From positions 1-64,000 of IMG/VR virus record IMGVR_UViG_3300030060_004020: a stretch of 64,000 nt of DNA. One strand, given 5' to 3'. This document shows, piece after piece, positions 1 through 10,179 of this stretch. The translations under genes and the position numbers were made by a program. Under the pieces are notes generated by a model. It was not told the DNA's origin. It did no database searches and saw nothing but the letters and a program-made list of their open reading frames with translations. Within the stretch, counting starts at the first letter, position 1, and each line of letters starts with the position of its first letter. Source of the stretch: an uncultured virus (IMG/VR IMGVR_UViG_3300030060_004020). Lineage: Duplodnaviria; Heunggongvirae; Uroviricota; Caudoviricetes.

Positions 1-2
1 CT

Positions 3-347
3 ATTACTACTGCTAAATATGGAGAAGGCTCAAGAGCAAATGTGTTTGGAACTTTTGGTATTTCTGTAAAGAGCGATAGTGGCTTCAAATCAATAGGTTC
101 AATTGGAACAGGGTTTAGTGATGCTGATTTAGTTTGGCTAACCAATGAACTTAGAAAGAATGTTGAAACTTACGATAACGGAACATATAACTTATTACCG
201 AGAGTTGTTTTGGAAGTATCAGCAGACTTGATTACTCAAGATGTAAAGGGTAATTATGGATTAAGATTCCCTAGATGTAAAAGAATACGACATGATAAGT
301 TTGTGGCTGATATTAATACAATAGAAGATGTGGAGGATTTAGTATAA
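3..347 (+). CDS. lig: ATP-dependent DNA ligase, C-terminal OB domain (5'-truncated by window)
   Basis: Frame open from window edge; YGEGSRA, IGTGFSD, VLEVSAD, LRFPRCKRIRHDK (ligase motif VI). Confidence 0.9.
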   Translation: MTTAKYGEGSRANVFGTFGISVKSDSGFKSIGSIGTGFSDADLVWLTNELRKNVETYDNGTYNLLPRVVLEVSADLITQDVKGNYGLRFPRCKRIRHDKFVADINTIEDVEDLV

Positions 348-520
348 TGTGTTATAATTGTGGAGAAGAATCAGTGAAATATTTAGTTATGACACCGATA
401 GGACAAAGAGCCTTTTGTAGTGAAGAGTGTTATTGTCTATATGTCGGTCTTCCTTATCACGGTGAAGGCTATTATGGTTTAAACAGATACAATATTAATA
501 ATGTGGAGAGGCTAGAATGA
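347..520 (+). CDS. Small Zn-binding protein (TRASH/YHS-like), 57 aa
   Basis: Hand-translated MCYNCGEE...FCSEEC; overlaps both neighbours; GGAGG upstream. Confidence 0.6.
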   Translation: MCYNCGEESVKYLVMTPIGQRAFCSEECYCLYVGLPYHGEGYYGLNRYNINNVERLE

Positions 521-939
521 GCGAAGATATGTTTGATACAGTAAAATACGACAGTGATGATTTATTTAGTCCTAAAGAAGTCAAGGCAATAGTTGATAAA
601 TTTGGAAAAGCCTCTATATTTTCTTATGCAGTTTATAGTGAAATGACCGATGAAGATTTATTTGTTTTAACTAAAGGACTGTATGTTGCTTTGGCTTGTC
701 ATGGTGAAATAATCCTCGGCGACGATTTTGAAAAGAATATGGTTATAATTCAAGCAAAGGAAGATGTGAAAACGGCTGCTATGTTTAACAGAGTAGAAAA
801 TGTAAATTTTAATATTGTCTTGGGAGGTTGCTTCAAAAAACATACCGATTTTATAGAAAAATTACTTCTTGAGGGTTTAAACTATATGCAAGTTGAATGT
901 GAGTTTATTGGGTTTTTTGAGGTCGAATCCAATGTATAG
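517..939 (+). CDS. Hypothetical protein
   Basis: 140 aa ORF coupled in operon. Confidence 0.6.
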   Translation: MSEDMFDTVKYDSDDLFSPKEVKAIVDKFGKASIFSYAVYSEMTDEDLFVLTKGLYVALACHGEIILGDDFEKNMVIIQAKEDVKTAAMFNRVENVNFNIVLGGCFKKHTDFIEKLLLEGLNYMQVECEFIGFFEVESNV

Positions 940-1330
940 TAAAGATATGTTAATAGGTATTTTTCTTGCTAGAGCCAACGGACACATCAGCCTTACAAGA
1001 AATAAACAGATACTTATAGGTTATAGGACTAAACTTAGTATTAATATTAGAGGTAGTGCTAATTTTTTATTGGCAGTGAAAAGAAGTTTGGGCCAATATA
1101 ATATATTTCCTAAGTATAGAACTAGACAAAGTGAGAATAGACCAACACCAATTCTAACAATTACAGGGGTTAGACAAATAGCATTAGTCGTCACTAATTT
1201 TTTAGTTGACTTACCGGATGCTAATAACAATCTTGCTAATTTTAAACAAGCAGTGAAAATTGTCGCTGAATCGAGACATTTACAATTAGAAGGATTAGAA
1301 GAATTATTTAAATTAAAAGGGGTAATGTAA
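932..1330 (+). CDS. Degenerate single-motif LAGLIDADG-fold protein
   Basis: MLIGIFLARANGHISL, GYRTKLSINI, C-terminal HLQLEGLEELFKLK as in I-CreI-like enzymes; acidic catalytic residue missing; start moved to ATG 932. Confidence 0.65.
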   Translation: MYSKDMLIGIFLARANGHISLTRNKQILIGYRTKLSINIRGSANFLLAVKRSLGQYNIFPKYRTRQSENRPTPILTITGVRQIALVVTNFLVDLPDANNNLANFKQAVKIVAESRHLQLEGLEELFKLKGVM

Positions 1331-2175
1331 TGGGATTAACCAATATGAATAGAAATAGACCAATAATAATAACAGGAAAAACAGGAACAGGAAAAACAAC
1401 AAAAGCAAAAGAGATGCTTCCAGACGCTTTGGTTATATTTAGTGATGAATTAGAAATAGACTCAAATTCAATTAATGTTGAAAATGGACTTATTATCGAA
1501 GATATTCATTATAATAGCGATAAAGAACGCTTATTGAATATAATTAGACGGTATAGAGGTAAACTAGTAATGACCTCGCTTAATGAAAAAGACATTCCAA
1601 AGGAAGTGAAGCCTCTTTGCCAAATAAAAAGAGCAGGAACTAAAAATCACTTGTTAGAATCAATCAAAGAACTAGCACCTAGAAGTGAAGAACCGTTTTC
1701 ATCGAAAATGGACACCTTTAGTTTAGTGAATTTCTTTTTGAAAGAAAGTGATAGAGAAGAAGTTTGTAGGGTTTTGAAGATTAACAAACCATCCGATACT
1801 CAAATATTGAATTGGCTTTGTGTAAATTCAAATCCGAATAAGTTGTTATTCATTGATGGTAGAGTTAGAAGAAGATGGTCGCAAGATTACTTCTATGAAA
1901 TGTTAGCATACGCTTATGATGGTAGGTTTTATGGTAGGTTGAATATGCCAACTAGAAAACAATATTCTAAAGTTCCTTCTTTGTTAAGAAGGCTTGGTAT
2001 TAAAAACGCTGATAAGAGAGTCTTTAAGCAATTAATACAAGATGAAAGTTTTGTTAAATTTGCTAAAAGCAAACTAAATAATAGCGAGTGTCGCCTAATG
2101 AATTTAGGAGAAAAGCGGGTGCGTAAAGCAAAGCCCGTTAAGAAAAAACAGGTTAGTTTGGGTGACTACTTATGA
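1330..2175 (+). CDS. rfcL: Clamp loader (RFC) large subunit-like AAA+ ATPase
   Basis: Walker A GKTGTGKT, Walker B LIIEDI, C-terminal PIP box QVSLGDYL. Confidence 0.7.
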   Translation: MGLTNMNRNRPIIITGKTGTGKTTKAKEMLPDALVIFSDELEIDSNSINVENGLIIEDIHYNSDKERLLNIIRRYRGKLVMTSLNEKDIPKEVKPLCQIKRAGTKNHLLESIKELAPRSEEPFSSKMDTFSLVNFFLKESDREEVCRVLKINKPSDTQILNWLCVNSNPNKLLFIDGRVRRRWSQDYFYEMLAYAYDGRFYGRLNMPTRKQYSKVPSLLRRLGIKNADKRVFKQLIQDESFVKFAKSKLNNSECRLMNLGEKRVRKAKPVKKKQVSLGDYL

Positions 2176-2471
2176 AGATTAGAAAAGGAAAAAAGAGAGT
2201 AGTCATGCGACTGATAAATATAGTCGGTAGTAATCAATTAACTACTAGAGAAATATACAATAGGATGGTAGAACATCCTTCTAAAAACAGTATGAAAAGA
2301 AATGGCGGAGATTTAACAATCCACCAACTAAGTAATATTCTCTCATCTTATTTTGATAAGGTGGGTTTTAGTAAAAAAGATAATAATATAATATGGAAAA
2401 ATAGAGATGAGAATTATGGGAAGAAAAGGAAACAAAATGATAATAAAGAAAATAAAAATGATGTTAGATGA
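2172..2471 (+). CDS. Putative winged-helix DNA-binding protein
   Basis: LTTREIYNRM...LTIHQLSNIL; paralog of next gene. Confidence 0.55.
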   Translation: MKIRKGKKRVVMRLINIVGSNQLTTREIYNRMVEHPSKNSMKRNGGDLTIHQLSNILSSYFDKVGFSKKDNNIIWKNRDENYGKKRKQNDNKENKNDVR

Positions 2472-2667
2472 AACACCTAATATGACAACAGGACAAATAT
2501 ACGATTTATTACACAATACAAAAAGTGTAAATACGGCAGGAAGGAAAAAATTTCCTGCTTGGGGAATAACGATTAATCAGTTATCTTCTGTATTGGGTCG
2601 TAGGTTTGAGAAGGCATATTTTGATGAAAAAGTAAGACAGGTTGCTTGGAAGAATAAGGAGGAATAA
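2407..2667 (+). CDS. Putative winged-helix DNA-binding protein
   Basis: MTTGQIYDLL...ITINQLSSVL...WKNKEE. Confidence 0.55.
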   Translation: MRIMGRKGNKMIIKKIKMMLDETPNMTTGQIYDLLHNTKSVNTAGRKKFPAWGITINQLSSVLGRRFEKAYFDEKVRQVAWKNKEE

Positions 2668-2669
2668 AA

Positions 2670-3128
2670 ATGGAAAAAGAGATTAAGTTAAAAACTGAAA
2701 AAGAAATTAGAAAAGAATTTGAAGAACAAATACAGAAACTTAGATTACTGTTAGAGATAGTTCCAATGGGTGTAACTAGCGAATATATAAATTCAATAGT
2801 AGAAGAACTAACAAAATTAAACGCATATCCAAGAACAAGATATGAAAGATTAAAGATAAAATCACCGGAGAGGTATAAGCGAAAGTGGAGTCATAAAAAT
2901 AGAAGCCCCGAAGCACAAAAACAATTTAACGAATATAATAAGTTAAGGTCAAAGATGGTTAGAAACGGCACTTGGGAAAAATACATGGATTATAGGGCTA
3001 ACTTCAAATTAGAAAGAAGGAAGAAGATGAAGGGCAAATTTATGAGCCTACATGAAATAACCCATGATTATAATAAAACAGATTTGACAGTTATGAGAGA
3101 GTTTTACGAAGGAAAAAGAGAGGAATAG
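2670..3128 (+). CDS. Hypothetical basic protein
   Basis: 152 aa ORF with GGAGG RBS. Confidence 0.6.
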   Translation: MEKEIKLKTEKEIRKEFEEQIQKLRLLLEIVPMGVTSEYINSIVEELTKLNAYPRTRYERLKIKSPERYKRKWSHKNRSPEAQKQFNEYNKLRSKMVRNGTWEKYMDYRANFKLERRKKMKGKFMSLHEITHDYNKTDLTVMREFYEGKREE

Positions 3129-3130
3129 AA

Positions 3131-3343
3131 ATGAAGCCGCTAGATAAAATAAGAAGAATAACACAAAAATTAACAGATTATAGAGAATTATTAGAGTCGC
3201 TAGAAGAAATAGACACTATTTATGAAACCTTAGATTGGGTTGATATTTACAAACCCCATCATATAGGTATGGAATTATCTCAAGCAATATATGATGTTAT
3301 GAATAAGATAGAAGAAATAGAATATAAATTGGAGGCTTTATGA
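3131..3343 (+). CDS. Hypothetical coiled-coil protein
   Basis: 70 aa ORF coupled to rfcS. Confidence 0.55.
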   Translation: MKPLDKIRRITQKLTDYRELLESLEEIDTIYETLDWVDIYKPHHIGMELSQAIYDVMNKIEEIEYKLEAL

Positions 3344-4254
3344 TGTTATGGACAGAAAAATACAGACCAAGTAAATTAAGTGATATTGTAGGACAGGAGC
3401 ATTTTGTATTAGATGCTGAACAATGGGTATTAGAAAAGAATATGCCTAATGTTCTTGCTTATGGAATGCAAGGAACAGGTAAAACAGGTGCGGCGATTGC
3501 ACTTGCTAAGTCTATGTTAGGAGATTTATTCAAGGATAACTTCTTTGAAGTAAATGCTAGTGACGATAGAAGATTAGAAACTGTTAGGACTACAATTAAA
3601 CAAGTAGCACAAAGCGGAACTATTGGTGATGCACCATTTAGAATAATGTTATTAGATGAAATGGATGGTATGACTAGTGATGCTCAAAACGCTTTGAAAA
3701 GAATAATGGAAAGATATGCAAATAATATTAGATTTATTATTACTTGTAATGATAAGTCTAGGATTATCTTTCCACTACAAAGTAGGTGTGCTAATTATAG
3801 ATTTAACCCATTGAAGAATGAAGTTGTTCTTGAAGTTATCAAGAATATTCTTGAGAATGAAGGGGTCAATGGCTTCGCCGATGAAGACTTGGCTCGCTTT
3901 ATATATCAATTAGATGGAGATTTACGCAGGGCAATTACAGAAATACAGGCTGCCAATGCCTCAAACTTTACACTAAGAAAACAAGTGCAAAATTCATTTA
4001 AAGAATTTGATGGAATACTAAAATTAATAATCGATAAAAAACCTAATGAAACATTAGATAAATTACATGACATATTGTATGGAGGAAGAAGTGTGAAGGA
4101 GATTTGTTTAGCATTACATAACTCTGTACTAGAGGCACAAGGTTTAGAGTCCAAAGAGAAGTTTAAACTTCTTAGGATAATAGGGGAAGCAGAATATCGT
4201 TCTACTACCATGACCCCTAAAGTAATAATTTCATGGATGGTAGGACAATTTTAA
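3340..4254 (+). CDS. rfcS: Replication factor C small subunit
   Basis: LWTEKYRP, GTGKT, EVNASDDR, LLDEMD, AQNALKR, LQSRC, GDLRRAI. Confidence 0.95.
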   Translation: MMLWTEKYRPSKLSDIVGQEHFVLDAEQWVLEKNMPNVLAYGMQGTGKTGAAIALAKSMLGDLFKDNFFEVNASDDRRLETVRTTIKQVAQSGTIGDAPFRIMLLDEMDGMTSDAQNALKRIMERYANNIRFIITCNDKSRIIFPLQSRCANYRFNPLKNEVVLEVIKNILENEGVNGFADEDLARFIYQLDGDLRRAITEIQAANASNFTLRKQVQNSFKEFDGILKLIIDKKPNETLDKLHDILYGGRSVKEICLALHNSVLEAQGLESKEKFKLLRIIGEAEYRSTTMTPKVIISWMVGQF

Positions 4255-4266
4255 GGAGGAAAAAAT

Positions 4267-5496
4267 ATGAAAGAAATAAATGAAAAAATGATGAAAGAAA
4301 TAGAAATAGGAAGTAAGCACATAGGAATTACTGTTGATGAAATGGTAACAAAATTCCGTTCCATGTGTGAAGAGAATGGAATAGAGTTAGATAACGATAT
4401 TGCAGTTTCACTACTTAGAAATTATGTGCGTGGTAATATGCCAACAAAGAAAACAAACAACAGTGGTTCTAACAGTTTAGTTAAGAGCGCATTCGGTTTC
4501 TTTGTAAGCCTAGAAGCACCAAGAGATATGATGAGTTGGAGTAGAAACAAAGCAAGAGAAGAATACCTAAGAGATGGTGAAAAAGCATTATCCGATGGCG
4601 TTATTGCAGTTGCTACCGATAACGGAGATGAAACCTATAATCTTGAAAGATACTACAAAGGTGACTATCAAGAAACTATGGTAAATAAACTACCCGATGG
4701 TGCGGAAGAATTGGAAGATGGAACTATTATTATTCCATTAGACAACATGCCTAATTACACAAGTGGGGCTGAAAATAAAAGATATGGTAAGCCTTTGCCT
4801 AAGAATGAATTTAGAAGAAATGGTATTTTCTTCGGTAGCATTGATGGTGGAGATATGAAGTCTTACTACTTCTCTTATAAGAATCAAGGTGGAATAGATT
4901 TTGCACCCGAAACTTTTGATTGGGTTCACTTTAAGACTATTCCTAGTGATGATGGAACAAACTTGTATGGTATGACTATGGCTACTAAAGATAGTTTGAT
5001 TAGAAATGTCGATGTAAACCCCGAAGGTGACGAATACAGAGATATGAGTTCTTTTGACTTTGCATCTTGTTTATATGAAAACTATCCTAAGAATGGAACA
5101 CCATTGGTGGATTTAGATAGACTACATACTAATTTACAAATGGAACAAACAAAAGATAGATTTGCTATTGTTGAAGGAACGGTTGTTAATCAAAGAATGA
5201 CACCGACTGCTAACGGTAACAGAATTTTATCTATTACTGATAAGGCATCCGATATGGAATTAACAGAAGATGAAGAAGAGAATCTAGCAACTACTTGTTG
5301 GATTCCCGAACACATCAATATTAACTTCGGTATTGGTTCGACAGTATTAGTAGTTGGAAGAACTTCTCAAAGAATTATTGACGGAGAAGCCGAACCAATT
5401 ACAATTAATACTAGTGGTTTGTTAGTTCAAGAGGCATTTGGTAATCCGGTTGCCGAAGAACAAGGCGTAGAGGATGAAGACATTGTTTGGTTTTGA
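4267..5496 (+). CDS. Single-stranded DNA-binding protein (RPA-like, OB folds)
   Basis: OB-like C-terminal part (IVEGTVV...ILSITD...GIGSTVLVVGRTS), acidic aromatic tail EDEDIVWF, position in replisome operon. Confidence 0.65.
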   Translation: MKEINEKMMKEIEIGSKHIGITVDEMVTKFRSMCEENGIELDNDIAVSLLRNYVRGNMPTKKTNNSGSNSLVKSAFGFFVSLEAPRDMMSWSRNKAREEYLRDGEKALSDGVIAVATDNGDETYNLERYYKGDYQETMVNKLPDGAEELEDGTIIIPLDNMPNYTSGAENKRYGKPLPKNEFRRNGIFFGSIDGGDMKSYYFSYKNQGGIDFAPETFDWVHFKTIPSDDGTNLYGMTMATKDSLIRNVDVNPEGDEYRDMSSFDFASCLYENYPKNGTPLVDLDRLHTNLQMEQTKDRFAIVEGTVVNQRMTPTANGNRILSITDKASDMELTEDEEENLATTCWIPEHININFGIGSTVLVVGRTSQRIIDGEAEPITINTSGLLVQEAFGNPVAEEQGVEDEDIVWF

Positions 5497-5507
5497 TTAG
5501 ATTCCAA

Positions 5508-5598
5508 AGGGGTTTGTTGTTTCCCCTAAGCATGTCCAAGTGTAAGTGTGAACTTGAGGAAGAAATTGATGCTCGGATAGGTGCGAAGCCTATTTTTT
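5508..5598 (+). promoter_or_regulatory. Structured intergenic element ending in hairpin + T6 (terminator/attenuator-like)
   Basis: AGGGG/CCCCT, AGCAT/ATGCT enclosing CAAGT/ACTTG, ATAGG/CCTAT then TTTTTT. Confidence 0.45.
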
Positions 5599-5610
5599 AG
5601 AGGAATAAAA

Positions 5611-5880
5611 ATGTATAGAAAAGGAATTATAGAAGAGAGATTCCTTCTAAAAAATGAAAGTTATATTATTGATTTAAATAATGTAGACTTTATTACTTGG
5701 AAGGAAAATGAAAACAAAAAAGATAGTTATTGGATTAAACTTCATGTTGGAACTAAGGAGACAAGATATGTTTGTGAAGGCAAAGGTGAATTGTGTCGTA
5801 TATTAAACGCATGGGGATTATTGAAAGAAACAGAATTATTATTAGATAAAAATGAGATAGGTGAAAATTATGAGTTTTAG
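5611..5880 (+). CDS. Hypothetical protein
   Basis: ATG 5611 after GAGGA RBS. Confidence 0.6.
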   Translation: MYRKGIIEERFLLKNESYIIDLNNVDFITWKENENKKDSYWIKLHVGTKETRYVCEGKGELCRILNAWGLLKETELLLDKNEIGENYEF

Positions 5881-6631
5881 AAAAGAGAAAATAAATTTTA
5901 GTGAATTAATGAAAATGAAAAGAGAGAATAGAAAACCTAGAATGGTATTAGGTATTTGGGGAGAGCCAAAGACGGGTAAAACCGGACTTGCATTAGACTT
6001 CCCCGAAAGAAAGATATTTGTTTTAGATTGGGATAGAGGCGTTGAATCAACTTGGTTTCAACACCACGATGCAACAGATAGAATAGAAGTATTTTGTCCT
6101 ATTGTAATGAATAAAGATAACATTATTGATATTAACGAAAGTGAATCACGCTCGTTAGAATTTATCAATCATGCTAAACAATCAATAGATGCAGGAGATA
6201 AACCTATCTTTGTTATTGATGGAGTAGATACTTGGCTTTCTTCATGTATGTTGAAAGTTAATCCTAATCCTAGAGTGGTAACAAAGATTATGCCGTTCCA
6301 ATATGGTAACAGAAACAAGGCATTCTACTATTTATTAGACACTATATACAACTTAGAATGTGATGTAATATTTATTACGCATGATACTGAAAAGTATGTC
6401 GATAATGTACCTGTTGGAGTTCAGCCAATGTGGAAAGATTGGGGAGGTAAACTTGAACAAGAGATTTACTGTTCTAAAAAGAAAGTAAAGGGAGAACTAC
6501 ATTTCTTTGCTGAATTATTAGGTAGTAGAACTAATGGTAAACTTGTAGGTTCTAAGTGGACTACAAGACAAGGAACTCCACCTAACATTACATGGAATGG
6601 ACTAAAGGAATTAAGAGAGGGAGCAATATGA
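5870..6631 (+). CDS. RecA-superfamily ATPase (AAA_24/Sak4-like annealing protein)
   Basis: Walker A GEPKTGKT, VLDWDRG, FVIDGVD, VIFITH. Confidence 0.75.
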   Translation: MSFRKEKINFSELMKMKRENRKPRMVLGIWGEPKTGKTGLALDFPERKIFVLDWDRGVESTWFQHHDATDRIEVFCPIVMNKDNIIDINESESRSLEFINHAKQSIDAGDKPIFVIDGVDTWLSSCMLKVNPNPRVVTKIMPFQYGNRNKAFYYLLDTIYNLECDVIFITHDTEKYVDNVPVGVQPMWKDWGGKLEQEIYCSKKKVKGELHFFAELLGSRTNGKLVGSKWTTRQGTPPNITWNGLKELREGAI

Positions 6632-7401
6632 AATTTACAGTAGATGCTAAAGAATTAGTCAAAGCATTAACAGATATACAATTGAAAGGAAAATACTTCA
6701 ATGGTGCAAGTCTAACTAATAATACTTTAATAGAGTATTTTTACGCTAAATTGCACAATAATACATTGAGTTTATGGAATTGTGATTCTATTAATTCATT
6801 AATAGTTAGAGTCAATATAACTGTTGAAGGTGATGAAGACGGAACGGTTGTTGGTGAAACCGGAGAGTTGTTGAAATATCTAAAGAAGTTCAGTGGTGAT
6901 GTAGTAGTAAACTGTGGTGATATTATTACTATGACAAATAACAATAGTAAACTTTCACAACCTACTATTGCGAATCATCCTAATATGGACACATTAAATC
7001 GTATGGGTCAGCATGTCCTAAATACACACTTTGAGGAAAACCTAGAAACTTTGTTTAACTTTAACAAAGAAAAATATGAAGGTGCATTTCAATTAGACTC
7101 AAATACATTTAGTGAAACTATGAAACTTTGTGAGTTAATTGGTAGTGGTGTTTATCACCTAAACTATGAACATGATAAGAATAAGTTATCACTGTCTAGT
7201 GCTACTAACAACTCAAATAAGTTTGAAACTTCTATTGAGTTAGAAGGCAATATTGGAGAATCAGCAACGCTAGATTTTTCTAGTCCATTACATGTATTGT
7301 TTGACAATGAAATGTTGAACTTTTATGTCAAAGATGATTTCCCGATGTTGATTATATCGGAGAATAAACTTTTGATTAAAGCACCACACTTAGCAAATTG
7401 A
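6628..7401 (+). CDS. pcn: DNA sliding clamp (PCNA-like)
   Basis: About 257 aa, MKFTVDAKEL start, ends FYVKDDFPMLI...LIKAP; next to polB and RFC. Confidence 0.75.
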   Translation: MKFTVDAKELVKALTDIQLKGKYFNGASLTNNTLIEYFYAKLHNNTLSLWNCDSINSLIVRVNITVEGDEDGTVVGETGELLKYLKKFSGDVVVNCGDIITMTNNNSKLSQPTIANHPNMDTLNRMGQHVLNTHFEENLETLFNFNKEKYEGAFQLDSNTFSETMKLCELIGSGVYHLNYEHDKNKLSLSSATNNSNKFETSIELEGNIGESATLDFSSPLHVLFDNEMLNFYVKDDFPMLIISENKLLIKAPHLAN

Positions 7402-7410
7402 GGAATATAA

Positions 7411-9075
7411 ATGATAATAAGTAATAAAAATGGAAATACAATATACAAATCTTGGAGAGAAAACGGAAAAAGAAAAAGCGAAGAGGTAGAGTTTCGACCC
7501 TACTTCTATGTTTTAGAAGATGAGGTAGAAAGAAATTACTATCCTTTGAACAAATATACCAATGGTAGATTTAAATATGAAAATGGAGATTGGAAAAGCC
7601 TAGAAGGTGAACCTTTGAAGAGAGTCTATGTTGAAAAATCATATGACATAAATAGTGCTAGGCAACTCTTTACTAAAACATATGAGGCTGATGTGCCTTA
7701 TACATTTAGATATGCAGTTGATGAAGTTAATGAGATGCCCGAATACAATATGCGTAAGTGGTATTGGGATATGGAATGGCAACAAGGAGGAGAACATGAT
7801 GGTTGCATTACTACTATTGTAGTGTATGATAACTACGATAAGAAATATATTCAGTGGACTTGGTTTCCCGAAGGCCATCAATATTATGTCTCGTCTCAAA
7901 GAATAGGTTATAATGAAGAAACAAAACATAATACTTATTTTTGTCGTGATGAAAAATTTATGCTTGAAGTCTTTATGGGAACTATGATTGCTAAAGACCC
8001 CGATATGTTAATTGCATGGTTTGGTCTTAAGTTCGACTTACCTAAGTTATTAGATAGGGCATGTGCTTTAGGATTGAATCCTTTAATTATGTCGCCTTAT
8101 TATAAGATAGATGGAGTTAAGCAACTTAAGAAAGGTTGTAGTTTTAAGAGACAAGATGGTTATTCACCAATTGAACAACCTATTGGTGGAAGACTTACTC
8201 TTAACTTAGACTTAGCATTTGAAAGACAATGGAATGATTCACAAAGAGGAACATTACCTTCACTAAGTCTTGATTATGTTTCTAAGATATTGTTCGATGA
8301 AGGAAAGGTAATGGAAACTAAATTTGAAGACCCTAACGAATTTTATCGTAGAGCATGGCTAGAAGATACAGAAGCCTATTTACATTATGCTTTAGTAGAT
8401 GTAGAACTCTTAGTTAGAATAGATGAATCAAACTATTGTAGTGAAGCAATACTATCTCTACAAAGACTACTAAAAGCACCTTTCAAGGCTTGCTTCTATG
8501 CTTCACATATGGGTTCTATTTACTTTATGAGAAATGCTGATTGGAAAGCACCAACAGGTATCAAAAGTGCCGATAGAAGAGAATATCAAGGGGCTATGAT
8601 TTATGACCCGCTTAGTGAAAACACTAATGGTTTACATCTTAATGTGGCAGCCTTTGATTTTGCAGGGCTATATCCTTCAATGATGGTTGCTAGAAACATA
8701 TCTTGGGAAACTAAAAGCGAAACTCCTACTGAATTTGGGGTTAATATCTTAACTCCAAGAGATTTCAGCGAAGTGGAAGGAGAGCGAATGTACTATTATA
8801 GAACTGATGAACTAGGACTATTACCTAGAGCAGTTCTTGAATTGAAAGAGTTAAGGAATGATTACAAGAAAAGAATGAAGAACTCCGAAGGTGATGAGTA
8901 TGTTAAATGGTATAATAATCAAATGGCGGTCAAGAGACTAATGGCTTCTTTTTATGGTGTATTGGCGTTTCAAGGTTTTGGTTGGGCTGATGTAGATTTG
9001 GCGGCGAGCATTACTGCTAGTGCTAGAGAAGCGATTAGACTAGCCGCATTTAAAGCGAAGGAGTTGAAAGTATAA
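7411..9075 (+). CDS. polB: Family B DNA polymerase, N-terminal subunit (exonuclease, motifs A and B)
   Basis: WDME, FDLPKL, YALVDV exo motifs; FDFAGLYPS; QMAVKRLMASFYG; stops before motif C. Confidence 0.95.
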   Translation: MIISNKNGNTIYKSWRENGKRKSEEVEFRPYFYVLEDEVERNYYPLNKYTNGRFKYENGDWKSLEGEPLKRVYVEKSYDINSARQLFTKTYEADVPYTFRYAVDEVNEMPEYNMRKWYWDMEWQQGGEHDGCITTIVVYDNYDKKYIQWTWFPEGHQYYVSSQRIGYNEETKHNTYFCRDEKFMLEVFMGTMIAKDPDMLIAWFGLKFDLPKLLDRACALGLNPLIMSPYYKIDGVKQLKKGCSFKRQDGYSPIEQPIGGRLTLNLDLAFERQWNDSQRGTLPSLSLDYVSKILFDEGKVMETKFEDPNEFYRRAWLEDTEAYLHYALVDVELLVRIDESNYCSEAILSLQRLLKAPFKACFYASHMGSIYFMRNADWKAPTGIKSADRREYQGAMIYDPLSENTNGLHLNVAAFDFAGLYPSMMVARNISWETKSETPTEFGVNILTPRDFSEVEGERMYYYRTDELGLLPRAVLELKELRNDYKKRMKNSEGDEYVKWYNNQMAVKRLMASFYGVLAFQGFGWADVDLAASITASAREAIRLAAFKAKELKV

Positions 9076-9230
9076 TGGGAACTATGGAATGTATGATATG
9101 TAATGAAGATGAATATCTTAAGAGATTTCATTTAGGAAATGAAGAATGGTTGGTATGCAGAAATTGTGTGGACTATGGCCTTATTATGTTAATAAATAAA
9201 GTGAAACCAAAAAAGGAGTTGGAAATATGA
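9075..9230 (+). CDS. Small Zn-finger protein, 51 aa
   Basis: Hand-translated CMIC...CRNC; coupled both ends. Confidence 0.6.
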   Translation: MGTMECMICNEDEYLKRFHLGNEEWLVCRNCVDYGLIMLINKVKPKKELEI

Positions 9231-9499
9231 AAGATAAAGATAAAATTTGTAAGAATGAAATGCAAAGAGCATGGGAAAACAGAAAGAAAGAGTTAGTAGA
9301 TAAATATCGTAAAGATTATGAAAGTGATAAAAAAGGCTATACTTTTGAAGAATGGCTTTGTTGTTATCTTAATATGGTTGAAGACGAGTATGAAGTGATA
9401 GAAGAAGAATTTACTAAGTTAAATACAGAAATGCACAGGACAGGTAAAATAAATAGAAAGACTGAATTTAGAAAGAGGTTTGAAGATGAGTACGCTTAA
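9227..9499 (+). CDS. Hypothetical protein
   Basis: 90 aa ORF with GGAG RBS. Confidence 0.6.
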   Translation: MKDKDKICKNEMQRAWENRKKELVDKYRKDYESDKKGYTFEEWLCCYLNMVEDEYEVIEEEFTKLNTEMHRTGKINRKTEFRKRFEDEYA

Positions 9500-9598
9500 G
9501 AGAGTAATATGTATGAAANNNNNNNNNNCATAATCCTCAATTTGAGGGTAAGTTTCATTGTAAAAGATGTGCAGAAGAAATAAAAATGAGGAATAAAA

Positions 9599-10045
9599 AT
9601 GAGTATAACAACAGAATGTAGAGAATGTAGGCAGGTTTTTAGAAAAAGGTCTTTAAAATCAACAGAAAAAATATGCGAGGCTTGTAGAGGTAGCGGAGGA
9701 AGAAACAGATACAAGGTTATGGCTAATAAAACTGTTAATGCAATAGCAATAGTAGATAATATGGAAAAGCAAATAGAAGATTTAAAATCATCTATTGATG
9801 TATTACATAGCACTATCGGAGTTGAAGTTCAGCACCAAATAACTAATGATATAAAACCTATTGTAGAAAAAATAGTAGATGAAAAAGTTAGTGAGTTAAA
9901 AGATGTTATTATCTCTTCTATGACTAAATCACAAAAAGCACAAGAAGAAATCAAAGAACTTACTAAAACAATAAACTTACAAAAGGGTTCTATTACAAGA
10001 ATGAGGAATAAGATAAAAGCATTTGAAAAGAGGTTGGAAATATGA
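9599..10045 (+). CDS. Zn-finger plus coiled-coil protein
   Basis: CREC...CEAC then heptad-rich helix. Confidence 0.65.
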   Translation: MSITTECRECRQVFRKRSLKSTEKICEACRGSGGRNRYKVMANKTVNAIAIVDNMEKQIEDLKSSIDVLHSTIGVEVQHQITNDIKPIVEKIVDEKVSELKDVIISSMTKSQKAQEEIKELTKTINLQKGSITRMRNKIKAFEKRLEI

Positions 10046-10179
10046 AGTGTCCTAGATGTGGAGGTTCAATAACCTATGTGGAATTAAAACCTAAAACAAA
10101 TTATTCTTATGCTCGACATACTAAGAGAAGGGCTAAATTAGCCTGTAATTCTTGCGACTATGAGGAGGTATTTAGTTGA
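10042..10179 (+). CDS. Small Zn-ribbon protein, 45 aa
   Basis: Hand-translated MKCPRCGG...CNSCDYEE. Confidence 0.6.
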   Translation: MKCPRCGGSITYVELKPKTNYSYARHTKRRAKLACNSCDYEEVFS

